64,000 nt of DNA from Alphaproteobacteria bacterium (GCA_022822405.1 JAJEBT010000113.1:12500-76499), one strand, 5' to 3'; shown: positions 43,206-53,436, counted from the stretch's first letter. Translations and numbers: made by a program. The notes: generated from the sequence alone by a model not told the origin.

Positions 43206-44036
43206 ATGCCCGAGCGCTCAGGCGCCTCCTGGACCGACTTCGAGATCGAGGTCATCGTCGCCGATTATGGGGACATGCTTCGTGCCGAGCTTGCTGGCGA
43301 ACCGGTGGTCAAGGTGGAGCGCAATCGTGCGCTGCAGGAGGTCATCAACCGTTCCCACGGTTCGATCGAGTTCAAACACCGGAACATCAGCGCGGTCCTC
43401 GAACTGTTGGGCCTGCCCTACATAAGCGGCTACAAGCCTGCCCGGAACTACCAGCACGCCCTGTTCGAAGCCGTCGAAGCCCACCTTGCCAAAGGCCGGC
43501 TCCTTCACGAACTCGCCACCAAACCGCCGACGATCGCTGTGCCGCCAGAGAGTCTCGTCTTCGGACCGCCGCCGGCGAGACGCGACCAACCGGCGGCGGG
43601 GGATGCGGTCATCGGGCGCATGCTCCGGAAGTACGATCCGGCAGAACGGGACCAACGCGCGCGGGCTCTCGGCGAGGCCGGCGAACGTTTCCTCTACGAG
43701 GCCGAACAGAACCGGCTGTCAGCTGAGGGGCGCGACGATCTCGCGGGGCGGGTCCGCTGGGTGGCAAAGGAGGACGGGGACGGCGCGGGCTACGACATCC
43801 TGTCGTTCTCGAGGGACGGCGGCGAACGGTGGCTGGAAGTGAAGACGACGAACGGCCCGCAGACGACGCCCTTCTGGTTGACGGAAAACGAACGCCTCGT
43901 TTCCGAAGAGCGCCGGGACGTTTTCCGGATAGCCCGCCTCTACGACTTTTCGAGGGCACCTGCGGCATACCAGATCAGGCCGCCGCTGGACCAACACGTC
44001 TGGCTCACCCCCACGAACTATCGCGCCGGTTTCTGA
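43206..44036 (+). CDS. DUF3883 (NO VEIN C-terminal) PD-(D/E)xK nuclease-like protein
   Basis: LGEAGE..WVAKEDGDGAGYDILSF..LEVKTTNG..FWLTENE; N-terminus WT..E..IVADY..SIEFKHRNISAVL. Confidence 0.85.
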   Translation: MPERSGASWTDFEIEVIVADYGDMLRAELAGEPVVKVERNRALQEVINRSHGSIEFKHRNISAVLELLGLPYISGYKPARNYQHALFEAVEAHLAKGRLLHELATKPPTIAVPPESLVFGPPPARRDQPAAGDAVIGRMLRKYDPAERDQRARALGEAGERFLYEAEQNRLSAEGRDDLAGRVRWVAKEDGDGAGYDILSFSRDGGERWLEVKTTNGPQTTPFWLTENERLVSEERRDVFRIARLYDFSRAPAAYQIRPPLDQHVWLTPTNYRAGF

Positions 44037-44116
44037 AACGGGCGCGTCCGGACACGGTTTGCCGGCCGGCGGGAGCGCATGTAGGGTGGACGCGGTCGCC
44101 AGGACACGGAAAACGA

Positions 44117-44974
44117 ATGAAACCAGCCCCGTTCACCTACCATGCTCCGGGCTCCGTTCGCGAGGTCGTCGACCTGCTGGCGGAACATGGCGAGGATGCC
44201 AGGATCCTTGCTGGCGGCCAGTCGCTGGTCCCGACGATGAATTTCCGCCTCGCCCGGCCGGACCATCTGGTCGACATAAACGGGGTCGACGAACTCGACT
44301 ATATCGAGGAGCGGGACGGCAGGCTCAGGATCGGCGCGCTGGCGCGTCACGCCGCCTTCGAGATGCCGGTCGCATCCGGCCCGCTGGCAACGCTCCTGCC
44401 CGGGATTGCCCGCCATATCGCCCATCTTCCGATCCGCACGCGCGGAACCTTCTGCGGCAGCATCGCCCATGCGGATCCCGCCTCCGAGTGGTGCCTGGCG
44501 GCAGTGACCCTGGACGCCGATATCGTGGCCCGGAGCGCGGACGGAGAACGGGTCCTGCCCGCCTCCGGATTCATCGACGGTCCGCTGAGCACCGGGCTTC
44601 GGGCCGACGAAATAGTGGTCGAGGTGCAGCTTCCCGTCCTGTCCGCCGGACTTCGCACCGGCTTCGCCGAGTTTTCCAGGCGCGCGGGCGATTTTGCCCT
44701 CGCGATGGCCTGCGCGACGGTCGCTCTCGAGGACGGGCGCATCGCCGAAGCCCGCCTCGGCATCGGCGGCGCCGCGGAGACGCCGACGCGCGTAACCGAG
44801 GCGGAACAGGCCCTCCTCGGCATGGCGCCAGACGCCGAGGCCGCCGGCCTTGCCGCGCGTCTTGCCTCCGAGGCGATCACGCCGCTTGAGGACATTCACG
44901 GATCGGCCGAATACCGGCGCGAACTGGCCGCCGCCATGGCCCGGCGCGCATTGATGGCAGCCTTCGCGTCATGA
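44117..44974 (+). CDS. Xanthine dehydrogenase/CoxM-like FAD subunit
   Basis: MKPAPFTY, LAGGQSL, IRTRGTFCGSIAHADPASE, RRAGDFA. Confidence 0.92.
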   Translation: MKPAPFTYHAPGSVREVVDLLAEHGEDARILAGGQSLVPTMNFRLARPDHLVDINGVDELDYIEERDGRLRIGALARHAAFEMPVASGPLATLLPGIARHIAHLPIRTRGTFCGSIAHADPASEWCLAAVTLDADIVARSADGERVLPASGFIDGPLSTGLRADEIVVEVQLPVLSAGLRTGFAEFSRRAGDFALAMACATVALEDGRIAEARLGIGGAAETPTRVTEAEQALLGMAPDAEAAGLAARLASEAITPLEDIHGSAEYRRELAAAMARRALMAAFAS

Positions 44975-47289
44975 GCTGGATCGGACGGCCCGTCCCGCGC
45001 CTCGAGGATCCGGTGCTGGTCCGGGGGGAAGGCGCATTCGTCGGCGACATGGCGGGTTCGGCGAAGGCGATCCGCTTCGTCCGGAGCCCTGTCGCCCGCG
45101 GGCGCCTGAAGGAGGTATCGCGGCCACAGGGAGCGACGGTGATCCTCGCCGCCGACCTCGACGGGGTGGCGCCGATCTGTCCGGTGCTCCACCGGCGCGA
45201 CTACGTTCCCGTCCGCCAGCCGATCCTCGCCGCCGACGCGGTGCGGTATGTCGGCGAGCCGGTCGCCGCCGTCATCGCGGACACGCCCGAGGAAGCCGAG
45301 GACGTGGCCGAAAGGGTAGCCGTCCATATCGATCCCGAGCCCGCGGTCGTCGACATGGACCGGGCACTGTCGGAGAACGCGCCGAAGGTGCATGAGGCCG
45401 CGCCGGGAAACGTTCTCGTCGACGGCGTCATCGACACCGGCGGCGTCGCCGAGGTTTTCGCGAACGCCGCGGAAATCGTCGAGATCGGGATCCGTTCCCG
45501 ACGCCAGGCCGCCCTGCCGCTCGAGGCGCGGGGGGCCTGCGCGGCCTTCGATCCCGCGACGCGGCGGGTGACACTCCACGCGTCGCACCAGATGCCGCAC
45601 ATGCTGCGGACCGGACTGGCCGACGTGCTGGGCGTGCCGGAGGCAGATCTGCGCGTGGTGGCGCCGGATGTCGGCGGCGCCTTCGGCCAGAAGATGTCGC
45701 TGGCGCCCGAATACGTGATGACGGCCTGGGTCGCGTTCCGTTTCCGGGGGACATTCGCCTGGATCGAGGACCGCCACGAGAACCTGATGGCGTCGTTCCA
45801 TTCCCGCGACCAGCATTACGCGATTCGCGGCGCGTTCGACGGGGAGGGGCGGCTGCTGGCGCTCGATGCGGACCTCCGCTGCAATGTCGGGGCCTATTCC
45901 TGCTACCCAGTGACCTGCGGCGTCGAACCGCTGATGGCGATGGCGGAACTGCCGGGGCCGTACGATTTTCGGGAGTACAAGGTCCGGGCTCGCGGAATCG
46001 CGACCAACACCTGCCCGATGGCCCCCTATCGCGGGGTGTCCCGTCCGGTGCTCACGCTCGCCATGGAACGGCTGATGGATGTCGCCGCCGGGCGCATCGG
46101 CCTGCCGACGCCGGAAATCCGGCGCCGCAACCTGATTGCGGAGTTCCCCTACCGGTCCGCGACCGGAATGGTCTACGACGAGGGATCGTACCGGGAATCG
46201 CTGGAAGTCGCCGAGCGTGCAATCGATCTCGACCGGTTCCGCCGCGAACAGGAAGCGGCACGCGCCGCCGGCCGCTATCTCGGAATCGGTTTCGCGGTCT
46301 TTTCCGAGAGAACCGGCTACGGCACGCCGGCCTTTGCCGCCCGTTCCATGGGCATCACGCCGGGCTACGAACGCGTGAACATCTCGATGGACCCGTCCGG
46401 CTTCGTCGAGGTACGCATCGGCGCCTCACCGCACGGCCAGGGGCTTCGCACCACGCTTTCGCAGATCGTTGCCGACGAGCTCGGTGTCGACATCGACAGG
46501 ATCAGGATCAGCCACGGAGACACCGACCGGACGCCCTACGGATGGGGCACGTTCGCCAGCCGCTCGATCGTGATCGCCGGCGGCGCCTGCAAGATCGCGG
46601 CGGCAGGGCTTGCCGAAGAGGTGAAGCGCTTCGCCGGCAAGCTTCTCCAGGTCGAGCCGGACGACGTCTTGCTCGCCGACGGCAACGCCCGTGCAACGGG
46701 GTCGGACGCGAGCATCCCGATCACCGAGATCGCCCGCCAGGTGCATCATCAGTCGCACCAGTTCGGCGAGGATGCCTCAGGCGGGCTGAACTCGGACGCG
46801 ATGTACGATCCCGCCGGCACGTTCTCGAATGCCTGTCATGTGGCCATCGTGGAGGTGGATCCCGAGACGGGAGGCGTCGGGATCGAACGTTTCGTCGTTG
46901 TCGAGGACGCGGGCCGGCTGATCAACCCGATGATCGCCGAGGGCCAGGTGCACGGCGGCGTCGCCCAGGGCATCGCCGCCGCGCTTCACGAAGAGATCGT
47001 CTACGACGACGAGGGCCAGATACTGACGACGACGCTGGCAGATTTCCTGCCGCCGACCATGGCCGAGATTCCCGAAATCGAGATACACCACCTCGAAACG
47101 GTGACGGACGCGTCGGTCAGCGGCGCCAAGGGTCTCGGCGAGGGCGGGCTGATCGGCGCGCCGGCTGCGGTCGTCAACGCGATATCGGATGCGCTCGCCC
47201 CGTTCGGGTGCGACCTGTTCGAAATGCCGGCGACACCGCAGAGGATCCGTGAACTCCTCAGGGCCGCGGCGAGGGATGGCGATGACTGA
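44971..47289 (+). CDS. Xanthine dehydrogenase/CoxL-like molybdopterin subunit
   Basis: PDVGGAFGQK, PYRGVSR active-site loop, HGQG, GTFASRS, GAKGLGEGG. Confidence 0.92.
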   Translation: MSWIGRPVPRLEDPVLVRGEGAFVGDMAGSAKAIRFVRSPVARGRLKEVSRPQGATVILAADLDGVAPICPVLHRRDYVPVRQPILAADAVRYVGEPVAAVIADTPEEAEDVAERVAVHIDPEPAVVDMDRALSENAPKVHEAAPGNVLVDGVIDTGGVAEVFANAAEIVEIGIRSRRQAALPLEARGACAAFDPATRRVTLHASHQMPHMLRTGLADVLGVPEADLRVVAPDVGGAFGQKMSLAPEYVMTAWVAFRFRGTFAWIEDRHENLMASFHSRDQHYAIRGAFDGEGRLLALDADLRCNVGAYSCYPVTCGVEPLMAMAELPGPYDFREYKVRARGIATNTCPMAPYRGVSRPVLTLAMERLMDVAAGRIGLPTPEIRRRNLIAEFPYRSATGMVYDEGSYRESLEVAERAIDLDRFRREQEAARAAGRYLGIGFAVFSERTGYGTPAFAARSMGITPGYERVNISMDPSGFVEVRIGASPHGQGLRTTLSQIVADELGVDIDRIRISHGDTDRTPYGWGTFASRSIVIAGGACKIAAAGLAEEVKRFAGKLLQVEPDDVLLADGNARATGSDASIPITEIARQVHHQSHQFGEDASGGLNSDAMYDPAGTFSNACHVAIVEVDPETGGVGIERFVVVEDAGRLINPMIAEGQVHGGVAQGIAAALHEEIVYDDEGQILTTTLADFLPPTMAEIPEIEIHHLETVTDASVSGAKGLGEGGLIGAPAAVVNAISDALAPFGCDLFEMPATPQRIRELLRAAARDGDD

Positions 47290-47749
47290 AAAGATCGACA
47301 TCTCGCTGAACGTCAACGGCAGGAACCACGACATCCGGGTCGAACCGCGGCGCACCCTTGCCGACGCGCTGCGTGACGATTGCGGGCTTACCGGAACGCA
47401 TCTCGGCTGCGAACACGGCGTCTGCGGCGCATGCACGGTGCTTGTCGACGACGAACCGGTCAGATCATGCCTGCTGTTCGCCGTGCAGGCGCGCAACGCC
47501 GCCGTGCGTACGGTCGAGGGCCTGGCCAACGGCGATTCGCTGCACCTGCTTCAGCAGGCGTTCCGCGACCACCACGGGCTGCAGTGCGGCTTCTGCACCC
47601 CGGGCTTCCTGATGCTGGCCACGCGCATCCTCGAAAAGACGCCGGACATCGAGGATGGCGAATTGCGCGAGGTGCTGTCGTCGAACCTGTGCCGCTGCAC
47701 CGGCTACCAGAACATCCTGAAAGCGGTGCGCGCGGCGCTCGGCCGGTAG
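47282..47749 (+). CDS. CoxS-like (2Fe-2S) subunit
   Basis: [28 protein letters not shown]. Confidence 0.93.
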   Translation: MTEKIDISLNVNGRNHDIRVEPRRTLADALRDDCGLTGTHLGCEHGVCGACTVLVDDEPVRSCLLFAVQARNAAVRTVEGLANGDSLHLLQQAFRDHHGLQCGFCTPGFLMLATRILEKTPDIEDGELREVLSSNLCRCTGYQNILKAVRAALGR

Positions 47750-47780
47750 ATCGCCGTCCGTGCCGGGCCGGCCGGCCGGT

Positions 47781-48494
47781 TCATGCGGCCTGGTGGCGGT
47801 CCGCTTCCGCAGCACCGGCCGACAGCCGCTGCCATTCGCTGACCAGGTCTTCGCTCTCCATCACCAGGCCGAGATGAAGCGACAGCATCTTGAGCGCCGC
47901 CTCCTCCATCTCCTCGTTGGTTCCCCGGACAAGATCCCGGAGCGCGACGACGCGATAGCCCAGGTTGCTGCCGTCGAACGCGGTGTTGAGAACGCAGCAA
48001 TCGGTCATCCCGCCATTGATGACGATCGTCCTGGCGCCCATGTTGCGAAGCAGGAAATCGAGATCGGACGGGTAGAAGGCGGTGAGCCGCTTCTTGGTCT
48101 GGACTATGAGGTCCCCCTCCACCACCTCGGTCGCGAATTCCGTCCAGCGCGTGCCCTCGATGGCATGTTCGTCGGAGTTCGGAATGTCGCCCACAAACAG
48201 CGGAAACACCAGCCGCCACGCCGACTTCAGGCCGTTGATGTCGTCGACGCCGCCCTTCCGGAGCACCGAACGCACATGAATGACGGGAACCCCGAGCCGG
48301 CGCGCAACGGCATGAAAGCCGTCAATCGGGCCGACTATCTCCCGCGCCCGCGGCGCCGGGCAAGGGCAGTCCGGCGTATCCGCGAGGTGCCCCTGGTGCA
48401 TGTCGATGGAAACCACGACAGAGTTCGACGGCTCGACGAATTCCTCGAATCCGCTGTCAAGCTCTTTCGGTTCTCCGTAGACGAATGCGCGCAT
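47781..48494 (-). CDS. Isochorismatase-family cysteine hydrolase
   Basis: IDMH, KKRLTAF, GGMTDCCV (D-K-C triad). Confidence 0.88.
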   Translation of the reverse strand: MRAFVYGEPKELDSGFEEFVEPSNSVVVSIDMHQGHLADTPDCPCPAPRAREIVGPIDGFHAVARRLGVPVIHVRSVLRKGGVDDINGLKSAWRLVFPLFVGDIPNSDEHAIEGTRWTEFATEVVEGDLIVQTKKRLTAFYPSDLDFLLRNMGARTIVINGGMTDCCVLNTAFDGSNLGYRVVALRDLVRGTNEEMEEAALKMLSLHLGLVMESEDLVSEWQRLSAGAAEADRHQAA

Positions 48495-48971
48495 GAGTCT
48501 TCGAGCCTCCGGCGCCCTCCGCGATCCCGTGCGGTCTGTTGGCCGAAGGGGCGCCGAGGCGCCCGCGCGCGCCCGTCCGGCCGACGAATGCCTGCACCGC
48601 AACCGTTCTCCTTCAGGGTAGCATGTTCGCGCCGGGCTGTTCGATCCCCGGCCAGAGGCGGAGAACCTCCGGCGACTGCCGCGCGCAGAACTGCCGCAGG
48701 TTTCCTTTTTGTCTGGTCGGTTTTGCGGCAAGCGCCCGGAGCTGATTACGGGCTGGCCATCCGAGCGAAAAACGCTCCAGCAGCTCCGAATTCTCCCTCG
48801 ATCCCGTCGAGCCGTACCCGGTGAACTCCAGGCACCTCCGGTCAGCCCGATTTACTCCGGGACCGCTAACTCAACTGGAAAAAAATGGTCCTGAGGACTA
48901 CCGCGAGGCGCTAGTCCGGCAACGCAAATCTGGTATATTCGCGAACCGAGCCGATTAAGGAAGGGGCAACC

Positions 48972-49688
48972 ATGGCCTTGACGACCCAGGGGGTTCTCGA
49001 CCGCATCACCGAGATCCACCGGGAACTCCCGATGTACGGCCATCCGCTGTGGACGGGGATGGCCGAGGGCACGTGGAACTGGGAACAATCGCGCTACATC
49101 TGCCAGCAACATGGCGGCATCCCGCTTCACAACCACAACTACCACGGCAATCTCTATGTCATCTGTCCCGATCCCGCGTGGCGGGAGATGATCGCCGAGG
49201 TCGCCTACGAGGAAGCCACGGGACGGCTGATGTCGGACGGCGTCTCGCATCACCGCCTCTATCTGAACTACGCCAAGGGCATGGGCCTCAAGCCCGAGGA
49301 GATGTACGACCCGCCCTATTGCGCCGGGGTGGTCGCCTTCCAGGCCTATTTCACGCACATCTGCTCGAAGAGCTTCCTCGAAGGCGTCGCCGCGCACATG
49401 CTCGCCGGCGAGGCCGCCATTCCGGGGCTCTACATCCGCATAGCCCGGAAGCTCCAGGAGCAGTTCGGTCTCGACGACGAGGCCGTAGCCTACTGGGTCA
49501 TCCACGACAGCGCCGACGAGGAGCATTCCGATGTCGGCCGCAAGCTTCTCGACCAGTTCGCCACGACCGAGGACGAGCGCAGGCTCGTGCTCAAGACCGT
49601 GCGCCAGATGCTCGACATCCAGCACTTGATGTACGACGACATCTACAAGCACGCGTCCGCGATCGGCGAACAGAGCGCCGTCGCCTGA
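48972..49688 (+). CDS. Heme-oxygenase-like diiron protein (CADD/PqqC/TenA superfamily)
   Basis: HPLW, YEEATG..SHH.LY, AGE, YWVIHDSADEEH (H-x3-D-x2-H), the CADD-type diiron ligand pattern. Confidence 0.8.
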   Translation: MALTTQGVLDRITEIHRELPMYGHPLWTGMAEGTWNWEQSRYICQQHGGIPLHNHNYHGNLYVICPDPAWREMIAEVAYEEATGRLMSDGVSHHRLYLNYAKGMGLKPEEMYDPPYCAGVVAFQAYFTHICSKSFLEGVAAHMLAGEAAIPGLYIRIARKLQEQFGLDDEAVAYWVIHDSADEEHSDVGRKLLDQFATTEDERRLVLKTVRQMLDIQHLMYDDIYKHASAIGEQSAVA

Positions 49689-49733
49689 CCCGCACGCCTC
49701 ATCGCCGCGCACCCATCAGAGCAAGGAACAGAC

Positions 49734-50603
49734 ATGCAGTATGAAGCACCCTCGTCCCTCGACGCCGCCATCGCGCTGGCCGGGGGCACGGGCGGGAACA
49801 ATCAGGGGACGACCCGGTTTCTGGCCGGCGGCACGGACGTGCTCGTCCAGATGCACGCCGACATCGTCGAGCCCGACCTCCTCATCGACGTGAAGAACAT
49901 CCCCGAGATGCGCGAGGTCTCCGAGAAGGGGAAGGCCTGGCGTTTCGGGGCGGCGGTTACGGGCAAGGAGCTCATGGACCATGCCGGCTTCAACGCCGCG
50001 TGGCCCGGCGTCATGGACGGGGTACGCCTCATCGGCTCGCTCCAGGTGCGTGGACGTGCGACCGTCGGCGGCAATTTGTGCAACGCCTCGCCGGCCGCCG
50101 ACAGCGTGCCGCCGCTGATCGCCGCGGGCGCAACGGCCGTCATTGCCGGACCGGGCGGAGAGCGCGAGGTTCCGGTCGAGGAGATCATCACCGGTCCCGG
50201 CCAGACGTCGCTGGAACCCGGCGAAGTCGTTGTCGCGTTCGACCTCCCGAAGCGCCCGCCGAGATCGGGCGACGCCTATCTCCGCTTCACGCCGCGAACC
50301 GAAATGGACATCGCCGTGGTCGGTGCCGCCGTCAACCTGACCCTAGACGGCAACGGCATCTGCACCGCAGCGCGGGTCTCGCTCGGCGCCGTCGCGCCGA
50401 CGCCTCTGCTCGTGGAGGACGCCGCCAAGGCGCTGATCGGCACGCCGGTCGACGAGGCGGCTATGGAGGAGCTCGCCGCTGCCGCCCGCGCCGCGTGCAA
50501 GCCGATAGACGACAAGCGGGGCACCGTCGAATACCGCATCGAGGTTGCCGGCGTGCTGGCGCAGCGCGCAGCGGCAATAGCGCTTGAAAGGGCAGCATCG
50601 TAA
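49734..50603 (+). CDS. Xanthine dehydrogenase family FAD subunit
   Basis: LAGGTDVL, RATVGGNLCNASPAAD, RTEMDIA, PIDDKRG. Confidence 0.92.
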   Translation: MQYEAPSSLDAAIALAGGTGGNNQGTTRFLAGGTDVLVQMHADIVEPDLLIDVKNIPEMREVSEKGKAWRFGAAVTGKELMDHAGFNAAWPGVMDGVRLIGSLQVRGRATVGGNLCNASPAADSVPPLIAAGATAVIAGPGGEREVPVEEIITGPGQTSLEPGEVVVAFDLPKRPPRSGDAYLRFTPRTEMDIAVVGAAVNLTLDGNGICTAARVSLGAVAPTPLLVEDAAKALIGTPVDEAAMEELAAAARAACKPIDDKRGTVEYRIEVAGVLAQRAAAIALERAAS

Positions 50604-51085
50604 TGGCCAGACACCATGTAACCGCGACCATCAACGGGGACGAGACCGAGGTCCTCTGCGACACCACCCAGACGCTTCTGGACGTGCTGCGCGACGAGCT
50701 CGACATGACCGGAACCAAGGAAGGCTGCGCCACCGGCGACTGCGGCGCCTGCAGCGTCATTGTCGACGGGGTCCTGGTCTGTTCGTGCCTGATGCTGGGG
50801 CTGGAAGCCGACGGCAAGACCGTGGAGACCATCGAGGGGATGGCGTCGGGAGACGAGCTCCACCCGCTGCAGCAGAAATTCATCGACCACGTAGCGCTGC
50901 AGTGCGGGATCTGTACGCCCGGCCTCCTCATCGCCTCGAAGGCGCTGCTCGACGAGAACCCGGATCCGACCGAGGAGGAGATCCGCTACGGGCTTGCCGG
51001 CAATCTCTGCCGCTGCACCGGATATCACAAGGTTGTAGAGGCGGTTCAGGACGCCGCCCGCGAAATGCGCGCCGGCGCAAAATAG
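50603..51085 (+). CDS. Xanthine dehydrogenase family (2Fe-2S) subunit
   Basis: [26 protein letters not shown]. Confidence 0.93.
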   Translation: MARHHVTATINGDETEVLCDTTQTLLDVLRDELDMTGTKEGCATGDCGACSVIVDGVLVCSCLMLGLEADGKTVETIEGMASGDELHPLQQKFIDHVALQCGICTPGLLIASKALLDENPDPTEEEIRYGLAGNLCRCTGYHKVVEAVQDAAREMRAGAK

Positions 51086-51099
51086 GAAAGGACCGAACC

Positions 51100-53436
51100 A
51101 TGGGACGCCCTCCGTCACCGTTCGCCACCAAGATCCCCTACGAGAAGAAGGACCTGAAGGTCGTCGGCACCAACCCGGCGGCCCGCGGCGACGCCGTGGA
51201 CAAGGTCACCGGCCGCGCCCGCTACGCCGCCGACATACGCCTGCCCGGACAGCTCATCGGCAAGGTCCTGAGAAGCCCGCATGCGCGCGCCAACGTCGTC
51301 TCGATCGACACCTCGAAGGCCGAGGGCCTTCCCGGGGTCAAGGCGGTCGTAACCCGCGACGACTTCCCGGACATGAAGGTCGAGCACGCCGCCTCCGGCG
51401 AGCTCATGGTCAACTTCCGCGACGTGACGCGGAACATGATGGCGCGGGAGAACGTGCTCTATGACGGCCACCCGGTGGCCGCGGTCGCGGCCACCAGCGA
51501 GGCGGTGGCGCGCGAGGCGCTGAAGCTGATCGAGGTCGAGTACGAGGTGCTGCCGCACGTCATCGACGTCGTCGAGGCGATGAAGCCCGATGCGCCGGTC
51601 CTCCACGACGACCAGTTCACGCGCGGGGTCGAGCCGACCCCGGACAAGCCGTCGAACATCGCGGCGCGCATGGAGAGCAAGCTCGGCGACATCGAAAAGG
51701 GCTTCGCCGAGGCCGACGTCATCGTCGAACACGAGTACAACACCAAGCCGGTCCACCAGGGCTATATCGAGCCGCAAGCCTGCGTCGCCAACTACACCGA
51801 GGGGGGCTACGCCGAGGTGTGGACCTCAACCCAGGGTCACTTCGTGTTCCGCGCCCAGATCGCCAAGCTCCTCGAGATGGACATGTCGAAGGTCAAGGTC
51901 ACGGCCGCCGAGCTCGGCGGCGGCTTCGGCGGCAAGAACAACGTCTATCTCGAACCCCTGGCGGTCGTCCTGTCGCGCAAGGCAAAGCGGCCGGTCGGCA
52001 TGGCCATGACCCGGGACGAGGTCTTCCGCTCGACCGGCCCGACCTCGGGAACCAACGTCAAGGTCAAGATGGGCGCGAACCGGGACGGTCGCATCACCGC
52101 GGCGCAGGCCGAGCTCAACTACCAGTCCGGCGCCTATGCCGGCTCGTCGCTGCCGCTCGCGACCATCACCGTCTTCACGCGCTACGATCTCGAGAATGTC
52201 CTCGTCGTCGGCCACGACGTCACCACCAACCGGCCCAAGGTCGCGGCCTACCGCGCCCCCGGCGCGCCAATGGTCGCCTTCGGCGTCGAGACGGTGATCG
52301 ACGAACTTGCGGAGGAACTCGGCATCGACCCGCTGGACTTCCGTCTCATGAACGCGGCCAAGGAGGGCACCCAGACGCATTTCGGGCCCAAGCTCGGACA
52401 GATCGGCTTTATCCAGACGCTCGAACGCGCCAAGGCCCACGCGCACATGCAGGAAAAGCTCGGACCCGACCAGGGGCGCGGCATCGCATCGGGCTTCTGG
52501 TTCACGCTCGGCGCGGAGACCTCTGCGACGCTCAATATCGGCGAGGACGGCACGGCAAGCCTGATCTTCGGGACCGTCGACGTCACCGGTGGCGGGCGCG
52601 CGGCGCTCGGCATGATCGTGGCGGAGGAGCTTGGCATCCCCTTCGAGAAGGTGCGGACGATGTCGGGTGACACCAGCGCGCTCGGCTTCAACTTCATGAC
52701 GGCCGGCAGCCGCGGTACCGCCGCGGGCAGCATGGCCGCCGTCAAGGCATCGCGGGACGCCATCGCACGCATGTGCGAGATCGCCGCCCGCAAGTGGGAG
52801 GTCGATCCGGACCAGGTGGTCTGGGAGAACGGCACGGCGCGGCCGGCCGGCGCCAATGTCGGCGACTTCGCGCCGATGACGGTCGCGGAACTCGCACGGG
52901 AAGCCTCGTGGTTCGGCGGCACCATCGCCGGACATGCCGAGATCAATGTCGCCATGGGCGGCCCGGGCTTCGGGACCCATATCGTCGATGTCGAGGTCGA
53001 TCGCAGGACCGGCGCCGTCAAGGTCCTCCGCTACACCATCGTCCAGGACGCCGGCGAGGCGGTGTTCCCGGAATTCATCGAGGGGCAGTTCCAGGGCGGT
53101 GCGGTCCAGGGCATCGGTTTCGCGCTGAACGAGGAGTACATCTACAACGAGAAGGGCGTGCTCGAGAATCCCGGGTTCCTGGACTACCGGGTGCCGGTGG
53201 CGTCGGACGTGCCGTTCATCAACACGGAGATCGTCGAGGTTCCCAACCCGGACCATCCCTACGGCGTGCGCGGCATCGGCGAGGTGCCGATCATCCCGCC
53301 GCTCGCGGCGATCTCGAACGCGATCTACGACGCCGTCGGCGTACGCCTTCGCGACCATCCGATGTCGCCGCCCAAGGTGCTCAAGGCGCTCCGGGAACGG
53401 GCGGCGGAGACGGGCGACCAGGTCGCCGCAGAGTAG
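51100..53436 (+). CDS. Xanthine dehydrogenase family molybdopterin subunit
   Basis: DKVTGRARY, HQGYIEP, LGGGFGGK, AYRAPG, RGIGE; start MGRPPS after AAGGA. Confidence 0.92.
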   Translation: MGRPPSPFATKIPYEKKDLKVVGTNPAARGDAVDKVTGRARYAADIRLPGQLIGKVLRSPHARANVVSIDTSKAEGLPGVKAVVTRDDFPDMKVEHAASGELMVNFRDVTRNMMARENVLYDGHPVAAVAATSEAVAREALKLIEVEYEVLPHVIDVVEAMKPDAPVLHDDQFTRGVEPTPDKPSNIAARMESKLGDIEKGFAEADVIVEHEYNTKPVHQGYIEPQACVANYTEGGYAEVWTSTQGHFVFRAQIAKLLEMDMSKVKVTAAELGGGFGGKNNVYLEPLAVVLSRKAKRPVGMAMTRDEVFRSTGPTSGTNVKVKMGANRDGRITAAQAELNYQSGAYAGSSLPLATITVFTRYDLENVLVVGHDVTTNRPKVAAYRAPGAPMVAFGVETVIDELAEELGIDPLDFRLMNAAKEGTQTHFGPKLGQIGFIQTLERAKAHAHMQEKLGPDQGRGIASGFWFTLGAETSATLNIGEDGTASLIFGTVDVTGGGRAALGMIVAEELGIPFEKVRTMSGDTSALGFNFMTAGSRGTAAGSMAAVKASRDAIARMCEIAARKWEVDPDQVVWENGTARPAGANVGDFAPMTVAELAREASWFGGTIAGHAEINVAMGGPGFGTHIVDVEVDRRTGAVKVLRYTIVQDAGEAVFPEFIEGQFQGGAVQGIGFALNEEYIYNEKGVLENPGFLDYRVPVASDVPFINTEIVEVPNPDHPYGVRGIGEVPIIPPLAAISNAIYDAVGVRLRDHPMSPPKVLKALRERAAETGDQVAAE

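Noticed and set aside
44117-47749. Aerobic CO dehydrogenase (coxMLS)
   Set aside because: Active-site loop is PYRGVSR, not form I AYxCSFR; no coxDEFG accessory genes.
48855-48920. Two short hairpins upstream of the diiron gene as a possible riboswitch
   Set aside because: Only 5-6-bp stems (e.g. GGACTA..TAGTCC); I recognised no TPP, Moco or cobalamin consensus. An Rfam scan would settle it.
48972-49688. pqqC / PQQ biosynthesis
   Set aside because: No pqqA/B/D/E in the window; only fold-level similarity.
50584-51099. Long N-terminal extension of the 950-aa Mo-subunit ORF (similar extensions on M32, DUF983, CoA transferase, relB, parA, parB)
   Set aside because: Extensions overlap upstream genes; downstream starts with RBS and family-typical N-termini were used.
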